Source: Candidatus Woesearchaeota archaeon (GTDB lineage Archaea; Nanobdellota; Nanobdellia; Pacearchaeales; GW2011-AR1). Taken from it: DNA of 64,000 nucleotides. Under the pieces are notes generated by a model. The model saw only the letters and a list, made by a program, of their open reading frames with translations. It was not told the DNA's origin and made no database searches. Both the position numbers and the translations under genes were made by a program. The stretch is taken from contig CAYIRC010000002.1 of assembly GCA_964365855.1 (NCBI GenBank), forward strand, positions 1,781 through 65,780, written 5' to 3'. Each line of letters opens with the position of its first letter. Positions within the stretch are counted from its first letter, which is position 1. Below, one piece after another: positions 48,208 through 58,227 of the stretch.

Positions 48208-48427
48208 TCGAATGACCTGACAAGCAAAGAATGTAGTGCCATAATTTTTAAATAATCACAAATATAAAAAGTTTATTAATTATCTTTTAGAATATAGAAC
48301 AAATCCGCTATTTACATCTCTCATTCTCCAAAGTTCCAGAAATCGATAAAGCCTCTTTCTTTAAAATAGAAGTAGCAAAAAATAAAATCAACTCAGCTCA
48401 AAAAGAATTTCTTGATAAAATAGTTAA

Positions 48428-48688
48428 TTACCTATCCAAAGATTCAACATAATTCTTTAAACCTTCTTTAAATGCTCTTACTTGTTCAGGATCCTCAGGG
48501 CTTACCATGCTAAGAAGGCTGTATACCCTTCTTATTGCATCATTATAAGCTTTGTTACTTTGAATAACATGTGGCGTTACAGATCCTTCTGGCACAGGAA
48601 CCATCCTCATTTGAGTAGAAACACTTCTGCCATCTCTTAAATCCTTTTCAACATCAATAGTTATTAACCCTACATGTTCTCTAGTCAT
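48428..48688 (-). CDS. hypothetical protein (86 aa)
   Basis: ORF only; looks less AT-rich than its neighbours. Confidence 0.4.
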   Translation of the reverse strand: MTREHVGLITIDVEKDLRDGRSVSTQMRMVPVPEGSVTPHVIQSNKAYNDAIRRVYSLLSMVSPEDPEQVRAFKEGLKNYVESLDR

Positions 48689-48736
48689 ATTTATTTTTGT
48701 AAAGTTCTATTTATAATTATATGTATAAAACTAAAT

Positions 48737-49951
48737 TTATTTCTTACAGGTTTTCTTCCGCAAGCACTCTTTAATCTCTTTGATTCTAAATGAGAACAAG
48801 AAGTATGCAAACATGAATAAAGCAAAAAACAAAAAGATGAACTTAAATGGCAAGAACAATAGTATTAATCCAGCGAGGGCTTTGCCAAGAAATTGGCTGA
48901 CATCAATAGTAGTATTATATGGCCCGTAATATTCAGCTTCTTCATCTTTTGTCTTCAGGACATCAAAGAAATAGGCTTCTATTGTAGGCTCAAGTATTGC
49001 TGCCCCTATTGCTCCAGCAACTAGAATTCCCATAACTGCATAAACATCCTCTAGTAAAAAGGATAGAACCGCAGAAGCAAATAGGATAAAAAATCCTATC
49101 TTGAACATGCTTTTAAACCCAATTTTTCCAGCTAATTTTGAAGCTCCATACTCAAATATTATTAGTGGCACTGAAAAGGCGAATAAGAAATAGCCAATCC
49201 ATAAATTATTCAGTCCATTATCAAGGATAAACAAAGGCATGTATAAATAAATTAAAATCAGCCAAAGATATATCCCCCCGCCGATAATATATGCTTTTGT
49301 TCTATTCTTATCTTTGAAAAAATTGCGGAAATTCTGGATAACATTTGTATCAATCTTTTTGCTTACATGGCTGTCATTAACTTTTGAAATTTTGAATATA
49401 AAGCCTGCAATCAATATAAAAATAGCTGCTAATAGGAATATCAAATGAATGCCATAAGCTTCGGATACATATCCTGCGATTAAAGGGCCAATAACCCATG
49501 CAATATTTAAGAAAGTATACATTAATCCTTCATTTCTAGATAAATTCTCTGCTCTTGATTTATCCCTTATTATTATTCCAAAAGAAGTAATCTTTAAGCT
49601 TGTCAGCAGTGTTAATATCAATGCAAGTGCAGTAAAAATAAAAATATTTTTGTTTAATGCGAAAAGAACATAGGTTATTCCAATCAGCACTAAGGAACAG
49701 ATATAAAGTTTAGACTTGTTAGTCCTCTCAATAATGGGCACTAATATAAAAAATCCTAAGAAAGCTATTATTGTAAGAAAAGCTGAAAAAAAACTGACCA
49801 AAGCGATATTCTTGAACAAGCTCTGCATGTAGACAGACCATATTGTGTCTACAAAAGCACTGCCAAGAGAAACTATAAGCACAATAACTGCAAGCCAGGC
49901 AATACCTGTAAAAACATACATTCCTCTTTGTTTTCTTATTAATACACCCAT
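48737..49951 (-). CDS. MFS-type transporter
   Basis: 404 aa with ~12 hydrophobic helices and a short cytoplasmic loop in the middle. Confidence 0.7.
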   Translation of the reverse strand: MGVLIRKQRGMYVFTGIAWLAVIVLIVSLGSAFVDTIWSVYMQSLFKNIALVSFFSAFLTIIAFLGFFILVPIIERTNKSKLYICSLVLIGITYVLFALNKNIFIFTALALILTLLTSLKITSFGIIIRDKSRAENLSRNEGLMYTFLNIAWVIGPLIAGYVSEAYGIHLIFLLAAIFILIAGFIFKISKVNDSHVSKKIDTNVIQNFRNFFKDKNRTKAYIIGGGIYLWLILIYLYMPLFILDNGLNNLWIGYFLFAFSVPLIIFEYGASKLAGKIGFKSMFKIGFFILFASAVLSFLLEDVYAVMGILVAGAIGAAILEPTIEAYFFDVLKTKDEEAEYYGPYNTTIDVSQFLGKALAGLILLFLPFKFIFLFFALFMFAYFLFSFRIKEIKECLRKKTCKK

Positions 49952-49952
49952 C

Positions 49953-51896
49953 TTACCTTCGCTGCCGCTTTAGAAAATTATCAATAAACTGTGTATTCTC
50001 ATCTCTATTTGCTATTTTTTTTATTCTCCATATAGGTAAATTAGAAAGCCTTTCAGCTTGCACAGCTCCCATAACTCTTCTATGCATTTTTTCCGACATT
50101 AATATATCGGAATTAGAATACTCTGCTATTTTCTTTACAGCAGGAATAATATTTCCAATTGAGGTAAGTTTGAATTTACCTTCTTTAATCTCAACAATAA
50201 TCTCGCCAGAGTGAATTCCAATTCCAAATTTCATCTTCTTCACCAGCGCCTGGTCACTCAAAGATGCTTGTATATCTTTTGCAACATTAACAGCTCGTAT
50301 ATTATTGTCATCTTCTCCTGTTAGAAGATGTGAAAATATCATAATTCTATAATCGCCATTAAGATATATTTTAGCCTTAGCTTCTTTTGCTTTGTATAAC
50401 ACATTGTTAATAGCTGTATCAATGTCTGGGTCATTTTTTGTAAGAATATCATAATTTTTTATGTTTAAAGCAATCATCACAGCTTCTTCCCTTTCTCCTT
50501 TATCTGCCATAGCATTATCAGCATTAATTTTTGGAGCGCTTACAATTTTAATAGGAGCTAGAAGTTTTGGAGTTTGGCCAAAATAACTTTTTTTTCTTAT
50601 CTTTCTATAATAAAGCAATATAATCAATAGTAAAATTATAATTAAAGCTACCCAGGCAAATATTAAAGAATTACTTTTTATAAGGCCGGTAACATCTCCA
50701 ACTGAAATAGCTCCTCCGGTTAATGATGCCATCCCAAGAGCCTCAGCCTTGCTTCCATCTTTTATAGAAACTTCATATTCTCCTTTTGGTGCAGATAATT
50801 TATACTGTTTTGTCTGGCCTAACTCTAGCTTTATTTCTTTAAGTTCATTAATATCTCCTATCGAAACCTCAATAAGTCTATTATAAGGCACATTTCCAGT
50901 ATTAGTCACAATCAGTGACCGATTAACCAAGTCAAATGAGGCACTTTCAGCTTTTTCTATATAAAATCCTTTTTCTTTAGTCAAATCATAAGCCTTTGCT
51001 TCTATTTTCCAGTAGTCTGGTGTAGAGTTATAAGTTGTTTTTATTGTATTGGGCTCACCAGCTTTAACAAGTTTTTTTTGGAATACAGATTTATCTGGTT
51101 TGTAGACTATAACACTTGCATCACCCTTAAAATCTTCACCAGCCTGGTCGTATAATCTTATAGTATAAGCTAAATCATCGCCAGGCTTTATTGTTAGTAA
51201 ACTAAATTCCAAATCAATCTTTCGTGCTATTTGCTTGACTCGAATAGATGCTGTAGCATTTCCTTCATTGATAATCTCGCCAGAGCTGTCTTTTTCATAT
51301 GCATTAGCAATTATGTTATAAGTTCTTGCATAAGAATATTCAGGTATTGTAAAGTTAAAGCTAAATTTTCCTTTACTAATAGGCAAATAAACACTAAAAT
51401 TTAGTTCAGAAACGCTTAATTGAACAAATCCATTTAGCAACTGCCCATTTTTTTTAATCGCCTCCCCAGAAATTCTAACTACTTCTCCCGGATTAAATAA
51501 TGCACCATTAATTTCTAAATTAATTTCTACTTCATTGGTTATATAAAACTTCTGGCTTATTGCTTCATCACTTCCATAATCTGCTTTAACATAGCACTCT
51601 CCAGTGAAGTTGTCTGTTAAAAATTCTCTCAATCTAGCAGAAATAAAAACTGTTTTTTGCTCGCCTGCTTTAATGCTTTCCGGAGATTTGTATATATCTT
51701 TTTCTCCGGAATTGCATACTAGTTTGGCAAGGAAAAAATCATCTGTATTTGTTAAAGAATTTACTGTCACGCTGATATTAAACTCATCTCCAATATTGTA
51801 TGTATAGCTCGGTTGTTCAATTAATAATTCAGCAGACACAGAGGATGCTAGAAATAAGCCTGCAGTAATAATTATAAATAACACCCCTATTTTCAT
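49953..51896 (-). CDS. single-pass membrane receptor-like protein: signal peptide, extracellular beta-rich repeats, TM helix, cytoplasmic class III adenylate/guanylate cyclase-like domain
   Basis: Signal peptide MKIGVLFIIITAGLFLASSVSA; TM helix LIFAWVALIIILLLIILLYY; C-terminal VMIALNIKNY...IYLNGDYRIMIF...FGIGIHSGEIIV...TSIGNIIPAVKKIAE collinear with class III cyclase blocks. The first metal Asp appears replaced by N. Confidence 0.55.
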   Translation of the reverse strand: MKIGVLFIIITAGLFLASSVSAELLIEQPSYTYNIGDEFNISVTVNSLTNTDDFFLAKLVCNSGEKDIYKSPESIKAGEQKTVFISARLREFLTDNFTGECYVKADYGSDEAISQKFYITNEVEINLEINGALFNPGEVVRISGEAIKKNGQLLNGFVQLSVSELNFSVYLPISKGKFSFNFTIPEYSYARTYNIIANAYEKDSSGEIINEGNATASIRVKQIARKIDLEFSLLTIKPGDDLAYTIRLYDQAGEDFKGDASVIVYKPDKSVFQKKLVKAGEPNTIKTTYNSTPDYWKIEAKAYDLTKEKGFYIEKAESASFDLVNRSLIVTNTGNVPYNRLIEVSIGDINELKEIKLELGQTKQYKLSAPKGEYEVSIKDGSKAEALGMASLTGGAISVGDVTGLIKSNSLIFAWVALIIILLLIILLYYRKIRKKSYFGQTPKLLAPIKIVSAPKINADNAMADKGEREEAVMIALNIKNYDILTKNDPDIDTAINNVLYKAKEAKAKIYLNGDYRIMIFSHLLTGEDDNNIRAVNVAKDIQASLSDQALVKKMKFGIGIHSGEIIVEIKEGKFKLTSIGNIIPAVKKIAEYSNSDILMSEKMHRRVMGAVQAERLSNLPIWRIKKIANRDENTQFIDNFLKRQRR

Positions 51897-52141
51897 AATT
51901 CTTCAAAACATTTTTCATATATAAACCTTATTAAACCATAATTATATAAATTTAATTTAAACTTTTTCTATCAAAATGCATTGTATCCAGAGGCATATCT
52001 GATAAGGCACAAAAAAAGAAATGATTTGTTCAGGTGCTGCTCTGAAATTTATCATGCCAAATTAAAATTAACTGGTTTTATAAGGTTTTCTCAAATATAT
52101 CAAATAGATTATTTTATAAATTCTAATAAATAAATAGTCTC

Positions 52142-53254
52142 ATGGCGAAAAAGGAGAACTTTAAAGTCACCCCCTGGAATATTTCAGGAGAAGTTGATTA
52201 TAGCAAGCTTGTTAAAGAATTTGGAACAACTTTTATCTCTGATAAAATAAAGAAGAAACTTGATAAAGCCCATCCTATCTTGAGAAGAGGAATTTATTTT
52301 TCACATAGGGATTTTGATAAATGGCTTGACGCTTATGAAAAAAAAGATAAAGTTTCAATTATTACTGGAAGAGGCCCTTCAGAAAGAATGCATCTAGGCC
52401 ATCTTGTTCCCTTTTTAGTTGCAAAATCCCTGCAGGAGCAGTTTGACTGCGATGTATTTATCCCAATTTCAGATGATGAAAAATTTTATGTTAAAGAAAA
52501 TTTGACATTTGAAAAATCATTAGAATATTCAAAAGATAATATTCTTGATTTAATTGCTCTTGGATTCAAGCCTGGCAAGACATTCATTTTTGAAGATTTT
52601 GTCTACACAGATATTTATAAATATGCAGCTAAAATTGCAAAGAGAATTACTTATTCAACAGCTAAAGCAGCTTTTGGATTAAAACCAGAGAACAATGTTG
52701 GCTGGAGCTTTTATCCAGCAATGCAGGCAGCTCATATTTTATTTCCGCAGTTTTATACAAATAAAAAGCATATTTCAGTTGTGCCAGTAGGAATAGACCA
52801 AGACCCATTTATACGTTTAACACGAGACATTGCACAGGATTTCGGACTGGAAAAACCCGCTGCACTTCATGCAAAATTTATCCCTTCTCTATACGGTGAC
52901 CCTAAAATGAGCTCTTCAAAAGGCGGAAGCATATTTCTTTCAGATTTGCCCGAAGAAGTTGAAAAAAAGATAAAGAAATATGCTTTTTCAGGCGGAAGAG
53001 ATACAATTGAAGAACATAGAAAATTAGGTGGAAATCCAGATATTGATGTTTCATTCCAATACTTAAGAATATTTTTTGAGCCAGATGATAAAAAGCTTCA
53101 AAAAATCCATGATGACTATAAATCAGGTAAGATGCTCACATCAGAATTAAAGTCAATTCTCATAGAAAAAGTTAATGCTTTCTTAAAAGAACATCAAAAA
53201 AGGAAAGAACAGGCAAAAAATCAATTGGATAAGTTTATTTTAAAAAATAACTAA
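52142..53254 (+). CDS. trpS: tryptophanyl-tRNA synthetase (archaeal/eukaryal type)
   Basis: GRGPSERMHLGHLVPF (HIGH region), VPVGIDQDPFIRLTRDIA and KMSSSK (KMSKS). Confidence 0.8.
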   Translation: MAKKENFKVTPWNISGEVDYSKLVKEFGTTFISDKIKKKLDKAHPILRRGIYFSHRDFDKWLDAYEKKDKVSIITGRGPSERMHLGHLVPFLVAKSLQEQFDCDVFIPISDDEKFYVKENLTFEKSLEYSKDNILDLIALGFKPGKTFIFEDFVYTDIYKYAAKIAKRITYSTAKAAFGLKPENNVGWSFYPAMQAAHILFPQFYTNKKHISVVPVGIDQDPFIRLTRDIAQDFGLEKPAALHAKFIPSLYGDPKMSSSKGGSIFLSDLPEEVEKKIKKYAFSGGRDTIEEHRKLGGNPDIDVSFQYLRIFFEPDDKKLQKIHDDYKSGKMLTSELKSILIEKVNAFLKEHQKRKEQAKNQLDKFILKNN

Positions 53255-53922
53255 TTCAAAAATAAATTCCTTTCTTCTGCTCTTCTTGTTTGAAGGCCTT
53301 TAAGAACCAGTCCATTAGCCTTTATCCATCTTGAAAATTCATTTGCGGCTTCATCAAAATTGCCTGCATTTATCCTTCTAAGTAAAGTGCTATTTCTGAA
53401 ATTTCCTTCACCAAGATTATAAATAAAACTGCAGAGAGCATCATATTGTCCTTGTGTCAATTTAACTGTAACATATCTTTGTATAACATTTTCTGCAGAT
53501 TGCACATCTTGCCGTAATAGATTTTGAGCTTCTTCTTGCGACATTCTTGTAAAATTTTCGCCAGGTGTTAACATATGACCGTATCCAATAGTTCTCCTGC
53601 CTGCAGGGCATCTATAAACAGTAGAAGAGAATCCTTCATATCTTTGGATTAAACTTAGCCCTCTTTGAGATATAGTTCTCGTTTGATTTTTAATTTCTCC
53701 AGTGCTCCAATCTATTTCTGAATCTCGTTCAACTTCAGCCCTTTGTTCAAGTCTGCTTCTATTCGAAGATTCCTGTCTTGATGCAACTGCTTTGTTATAA
53801 ACATCTAAATGGCCATATTTTTCAGCTTTTGGCTCTCCGATAAGAGACAAATAAAAAGCTAATGGAGCTATTGCTGCAACACCAACTAGTATTAATCCTC
53901 CAATGCTTCCATTTCTTGTCAT
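53251..53922 (-). CDS. GH24 phage/T4-type lysozyme with an N-terminal membrane anchor
   Basis: N-terminal TM helix, then LIQRYEGFSSTVYRCPAGRRTIGYGH...QGQYDALCSFIYNLGEGNFRNSTLLRRINAGNFDEAANEFSRWIKANG...GLQTRRAEERNLF, collinear with the Phage_lysozyme (GH24) family including the catalytic EG...Y..D..G..TIGYGH block. Confidence 0.85.
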   Translation of the reverse strand: MTRNGSIGGLILVGVAAIAPLAFYLSLIGEPKAEKYGHLDVYNKAVASRQESSNRSRLEQRAEVERDSEIDWSTGEIKNQTRTISQRGLSLIQRYEGFSSTVYRCPAGRRTIGYGHMLTPGENFTRMSQEEAQNLLRQDVQSAENVIQRYVTVKLTQGQYDALCSFIYNLGEGNFRNSTLLRRINAGNFDEAANEFSRWIKANGLVLKGLQTRRAEERNLFLN

Positions 53923-54052
53923 GTAACCCCTGATTAATAGTATTATTTAAAACTTTCTAATCAGCATTATTAGCCACTAATAACAAAAGTATAACCATTT
54001 TTAAATAACAACAAATAGTAAGATTTATAAATATATTCCTAATATCAAAATT

Positions 54053-55585
54053 ATGAAAAAGTTATATTCCAGCTTGATTTTCGCTGTTTCAGCAGCATTG
54101 CTTGCACTTGTTTTGACTTCAGTTGCAACTGCAGCAGATTATGGGCCTAATAAAAATTCGCCTACAAGTTATACTATAATTCATCCTAAAGGCTATGTAT
54201 GCACATTAAGCACAAATAATGACAGCTCATACGATTTGTTTTGCGAAATCTCATCTGTCTCAGAGTGGAATGGAAGTCCTTTGCCATTGCCTTTAGCAGG
54301 AGAATGGCATGATGAATGGGTTGGCCAGATGCATAGTTCACAAGATTTTACATCAAATACAGTAGGCGTTCATAAGCAAAATGATTCATGGTATTTTATT
54401 TCAACAGGAAAGGCAAACAATCATAAAAGGCCTTATTGGTCCACATATGCTGTTTTAGTTCCATTTAGTTTTATTGATAAAGATGGAGACGGGCACAACA
54501 ATGAAACAGATATCAATGACACAAACCCAAATGTCTGGCAATATCTAAACGGTTATATTGATAATGATAAAGATGGATTTGGAGTAGGAGAATTAATAAT
54601 AAACATTCCCTCAAATGACACTCTTCCTCCTGGCTATGTTGCTAATTTGTCAAACGGAATAGACTGCAATGATTCTAATCCTTTAGTACATCCAAATGCA
54701 GTTGAAATTCAGAATGGTATAGATAATAACTGCAATGGGCAAATTGATGAGGGCTTTACAGATACTTTGCCTCCAATAATCAGATTAATTCATCCTCAAT
54801 CAGGTTCGATATTTGATATATTAAAGTTAATCAAATTTATCTTTACAGTAAATGACGCTTCTGAAATATCTTCATGTTCAATTAATATTTCAGGAAATCT
54901 TCATCCTGTTTCAAATATAAGCAAGATAACAGAAAACACACTAGACCTTAATCTTTCAGCAGGAAATTATTCAGCAAATATAATCTGTAAAGATTCGCTG
55001 AATAATACAGGGATAACTCCTTTAATATACTTTAAAATAATTGCAAATCAAACAGATGGAAATAATACTAATATTACAGACACAACCCCTCCATCGCCTG
55101 TAACAGATTTGCATCTTTTTGCAAAGTCATATAGCTATATCACTTGGAAATGGATAAACCCATCTGATGCAGATTTTTCAGAGAGTTTGATTTACATTGA
55201 TAACATATTTATTACAGCTATAAATTCTGATACATTTACATGGTCAAATCTTAAATCAAATACAGAATATACAATAAAAATTTATACAAAAGACTCAAAT
55301 GGAAATATAAATTCAAATGGAGTAATAGATTCTCAGAAGACAAATAAAAAATCCTCAACTGCAAGTTCAAGTAGCGATACAAATTATATTCCATTAGATT
55401 CAACAATTGATGCATCTGTACAAAATCTTGCACAGAATAAGTATGATAATGCTCAGAATGATACACAAATCAGCATCTCAAAGGTATCTTCAGGCTCAAT
55501 AAATTACAGTTTAATACTATTTGTCTTCAGCCTTTTAGTTCTGATACTTCTTCTTGCTATTCTTATCACAATTCTAAGAAGTTAG
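54053..55585 (+). CDS. cell-surface protein: signal peptide, MopE-like putative metal-binding repeats (DKDGDG...CNDSNP...CNGQIDEG), Ig/FN3-like region, C-terminal TM anchor
   Basis: Signal peptide MKKLYSSLIFAVSAALLALVL; repeats resembling DxDxDGxxxxxDCxDxxxxxxPGxxExCDGxDNDCDGxxDEG; C-terminal LILFVFSLLVLILLLAILITIL. Confidence 0.55.
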   Translation: MKKLYSSLIFAVSAALLALVLTSVATAADYGPNKNSPTSYTIIHPKGYVCTLSTNNDSSYDLFCEISSVSEWNGSPLPLPLAGEWHDEWVGQMHSSQDFTSNTVGVHKQNDSWYFISTGKANNHKRPYWSTYAVLVPFSFIDKDGDGHNNETDINDTNPNVWQYLNGYIDNDKDGFGVGELIINIPSNDTLPPGYVANLSNGIDCNDSNPLVHPNAVEIQNGIDNNCNGQIDEGFTDTLPPIIRLIHPQSGSIFDILKLIKFIFTVNDASEISSCSINISGNLHPVSNISKITENTLDLNLSAGNYSANIICKDSLNNTGITPLIYFKIIANQTDGNNTNITDTTPPSPVTDLHLFAKSYSYITWKWINPSDADFSESLIYIDNIFITAINSDTFTWSNLKSNTEYTIKIYTKDSNGNINSNGVIDSQKTNKKSSTASSSSDTNYIPLDSTIDASVQNLAQNKYDNAQNDTQISISKVSSGSINYSLILFVFSLLVLILLLAILITILRS

Positions 55586-55638
55586 TTCTTGAATTTATAG
55601 AAATAAAAATTTAAAAATGCCCTTAGCCATGCTAAAGC

Positions 55639-57369
55639 ATGAAAATACTTACTTTGCACTGTGATTATATAAGATTCAAGCCAATTCAAAAAGCAATAAA
55701 GAATCCAGAAGAGCTGAAAAACAAAGAGTCTAGAGAGGTAAAAGACTGCCTTGTAGTTCTGACTGCAGTAGAAAACGGCGACAATGATGAAATCCTCAAT
55801 CAGATGATAAAATCTGTAGTCAAAACAGCAAATGAGGTAAAATCAAAAAGAATTGTTCTTTATCCTTATGCACACTTGTCTTCGAATTTAGCAAATCCAG
55901 ATACAGCTCTAGAGTACTTAACAGTTATAGAAACTACGCTTTCAAAAGAAGGCTTGGAAGTTACACGAGCGCCTTTTGGTTATTATAAAGAATTTGAATT
56001 AAAATGCAAAGGCCATCCTCTTTCAGAATTGTCAAAGGAATTTAGATTAGAGCAGGGAAAAGTTACAGAAAATAAAGAAGTATTTACTGAAGAAATGAGA
56101 AAAGCCCTAATTAACAAGATATCAAAAGTAAAAATGAGTTTTGAAAAAGGCAAAAATGGCCTAAAAAGTAATGCTGAACTTGGCAAAGAACTGGAGCTAT
56201 ATGTTTCAAGTGAAGTAGTTGGCTCAGGGCTTCCATTACTAACGCCAAAAGGGGCTACAATCAAAAGAGAAATAGAAAGATTTGTTATAGATGAAGAACT
56301 AAAAAGAGGTTATCAGCATACATCAACTCCAGTATTAGCAAAGAGCGATTTATACAAAATTTCAGGGCATTGGCAGCATTATAAAGATTCAATGTTCATA
56401 TTAAAGACTGGCAAAGAAGAATTTGCGCTTCGTCCAATGACTTGTCCATTTCAGTTTATAATCTACAAAAGCAAGCCAAGAAGTTATAAAGAATTGCCGT
56501 TAAGGTATGCAGAGATTTCTAATTTATTCAGGCAGGAAAAATCCGGAGAATTAATGGGATTAACAAGGTTAAGGCAATTTACCCTGTCAGACGCCCATAT
56601 TATCTGCAGGCCAGAACAATTAGAAGAAGAATTTGCAGGAGTTTTAGATTTGGTAAAGTATATGATGAAATCTTTTGGAATAGAAAAGGTCTGGTATAGA
56701 TTTTCAAAATGGGACCCAAAAAATAAAGAAAAATATATAGATAATCCGCTAGCATGGGAAGGCTCTCAGAAATCAATGAAAAAGATTCTTGATAAGCTTA
56801 AATTAAAATATGTTGAAGCAGAAGGTGAGGCTGCTTTCTACGGGCCAAAGTTAGATATACAATACGAGAATGTATTTGGAAAAGAAGACACATTAATAAC
56901 AATACAGATAGATTTTGCCCTTCCAGAAAGATTTGACATGACCTACACAGATAAAGATAATAAAGCAAAAAGACCGATGATTATACATAGGTCTGCAGTA
57001 GGCTGTATAGAAAGAACTATGGCATATCTTTTAGAAAAAACTCAGGGTGCTCTTCCAGTCTGGCTTTCGCCAATTCAAGTTAGGGTCATAAATTTTACAG
57101 ACAGAAATACGAAAGCATCAGAAAAATTAATTGAAGAATTAAAAAAGCTGATTAATATAAGAATAGATTCAGATTTTAGGGATACAACAATTAATGAAAA
57201 AATCAGGGATGCAGAATTGCAAAAAATACCTTTAATTATTGTAATCGGAGATAAAGAAGAAAAATCAAATACACTTGCAATCAGGGAAAGAGGCAATAAG
57301 CCTCAATTTGGCGTTAAATTAAAGAAATTTGTGCTTGAATTAAAAGAAAAAATAGATAAAAGAATCTAA
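55639..57369 (+). CDS. thrS: threonyl-tRNA synthetase (archaeal type with an N-terminal editing domain)
   Basis: N-terminus MKILTLHCDYIRF as in archaeal ThrRS editing domains; class II motifs RPMTCPFQ, FRQEKSGELMGLTRLRQFTLSDAHI, GPKLD. Confidence 0.92.
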   Translation: MKILTLHCDYIRFKPIQKAIKNPEELKNKESREVKDCLVVLTAVENGDNDEILNQMIKSVVKTANEVKSKRIVLYPYAHLSSNLANPDTALEYLTVIETTLSKEGLEVTRAPFGYYKEFELKCKGHPLSELSKEFRLEQGKVTENKEVFTEEMRKALINKISKVKMSFEKGKNGLKSNAELGKELELYVSSEVVGSGLPLLTPKGATIKREIERFVIDEELKRGYQHTSTPVLAKSDLYKISGHWQHYKDSMFILKTGKEEFALRPMTCPFQFIIYKSKPRSYKELPLRYAEISNLFRQEKSGELMGLTRLRQFTLSDAHIICRPEQLEEEFAGVLDLVKYMMKSFGIEKVWYRFSKWDPKNKEKYIDNPLAWEGSQKSMKKILDKLKLKYVEAEGEAAFYGPKLDIQYENVFGKEDTLITIQIDFALPERFDMTYTDKDNKAKRPMIIHRSAVGCIERTMAYLLEKTQGALPVWLSPIQVRVINFTDRNTKASEKLIEELKKLINIRIDSDFRDTTINEKIRDAELQKIPLIIVIGDKEEKSNTLAIRERGNKPQFGVKLKKFVLELKEKIDKRI

Positions 57370-57403
57370 AGGCTTATAAACTCCCAGCAATATTATTTAT
57401 AAT

Positions 57404-57493
57404 CAAAAAGTCCTTGAGTTTGTTTAGGACTTTTGGATGCTCAAGATGCAACCACATCTTTAAAGATGTGGTTTTCGTCAAGCATCTTGACAT
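57404..57493. repeat. ~90-bp palindromic intergenic element, copy B (inverted relative to copy A), 9 bp upstream of the 57500 ORF
   Basis: CAAAAAGTCCTTGAG...GATGCTCAAGATGCAACCACATCTTTAAAGATGTGGTTTTCGTCAAGCATCTTGACAT is the reverse complement of 35975-36066 with ~93% identity. Confidence 0.8.
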
Positions 57494-57499
57494 AAAAAG

Positions 57500-58225
57500 A
57501 TGAAAATAAAACCATACATAGAAAAATTGAATAATTCTCCAAAGTATAAAGAATTTAAGAATAAGTATGATAATGCTTTCATGGTTGCGGGATTTTTTAT
57601 CTTGGACTTGGAATTTGGCAAAAACATTCACCAAATTGACTTTTATGTTCCTTCTGAAAAGAAAATTGCTGCTTTTACTCTGGATGGCGGTGTTAACATG
57701 CAGCTTGTCCACACCATGGGTGGGAAGGTTCCAGAAGAGTTAGACTTAAAGACAAAAATAGATTTAGATGCTTTGCCCGGAATTCTTCTGGATGAGATGA
57801 AAAACAGGTCCATGACAGAAGATATCAAAAAAATAATTGCAATTATCCAGAATATTAATGGCAAAAAAATATGGAACCTAAGCTGCATTCTTTCAGGCAT
57901 GGAAATTCTTAGGGCTCATGTAGAAGATGAGTCGAAAACAGTTCTGAAAATGGAAAAATCTTCAATGATGGACTTGATTAAAAAAATGCCTGTTGGACAG
58001 GGATTGCCTATGCAGGACCAGGGAAATACTGGCGGAGCAGAAGTAGGAAATGATGAAGTTGTAGGTAACGGAGCAGAAATAAACGCCAATGACCTTAAGG
58101 AAAAAATAAAAAAATTAGCTGAATTGCAGAAACAAATAGAAAAAGAAAAGCAGAAATCTGAAGAAGAATTAAGCAAAAAACCGGCAAAAGATTCAGCAAA
58201 GAAAGCAAAATCAAATAAAAAATAA
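57500..58225 (+). CDS. hypothetical protein with a K/E-rich coiled-coil C-terminus
   Basis: ORF immediately downstream of palindromic element copy B; no recognisable motif. Confidence 0.45.
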   Translation: MKIKPYIEKLNNSPKYKEFKNKYDNAFMVAGFFILDLEFGKNIHQIDFYVPSEKKIAAFTLDGGVNMQLVHTMGGKVPEELDLKTKIDLDALPGILLDEMKNRSMTEDIKKIIAIIQNINGKKIWNLSCILSGMEILRAHVEDESKTVLKMEKSSMMDLIKKMPVGQGLPMQDQGNTGGAEVGNDEVVGNGAEINANDLKEKIKKLAELQKQIEKEKQKSEEELSKKPAKDSAKKAKSNKK

Positions 58226-58227
58226 TT

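Noticed and set aside
57374-57712. 112-aa minus-strand ORF from the track
   Set aside because: It overlaps palindromic element copy B and the 5' end of the 57500 gene on the opposite strand. It is probably an artefact of the open frame through the palindrome.
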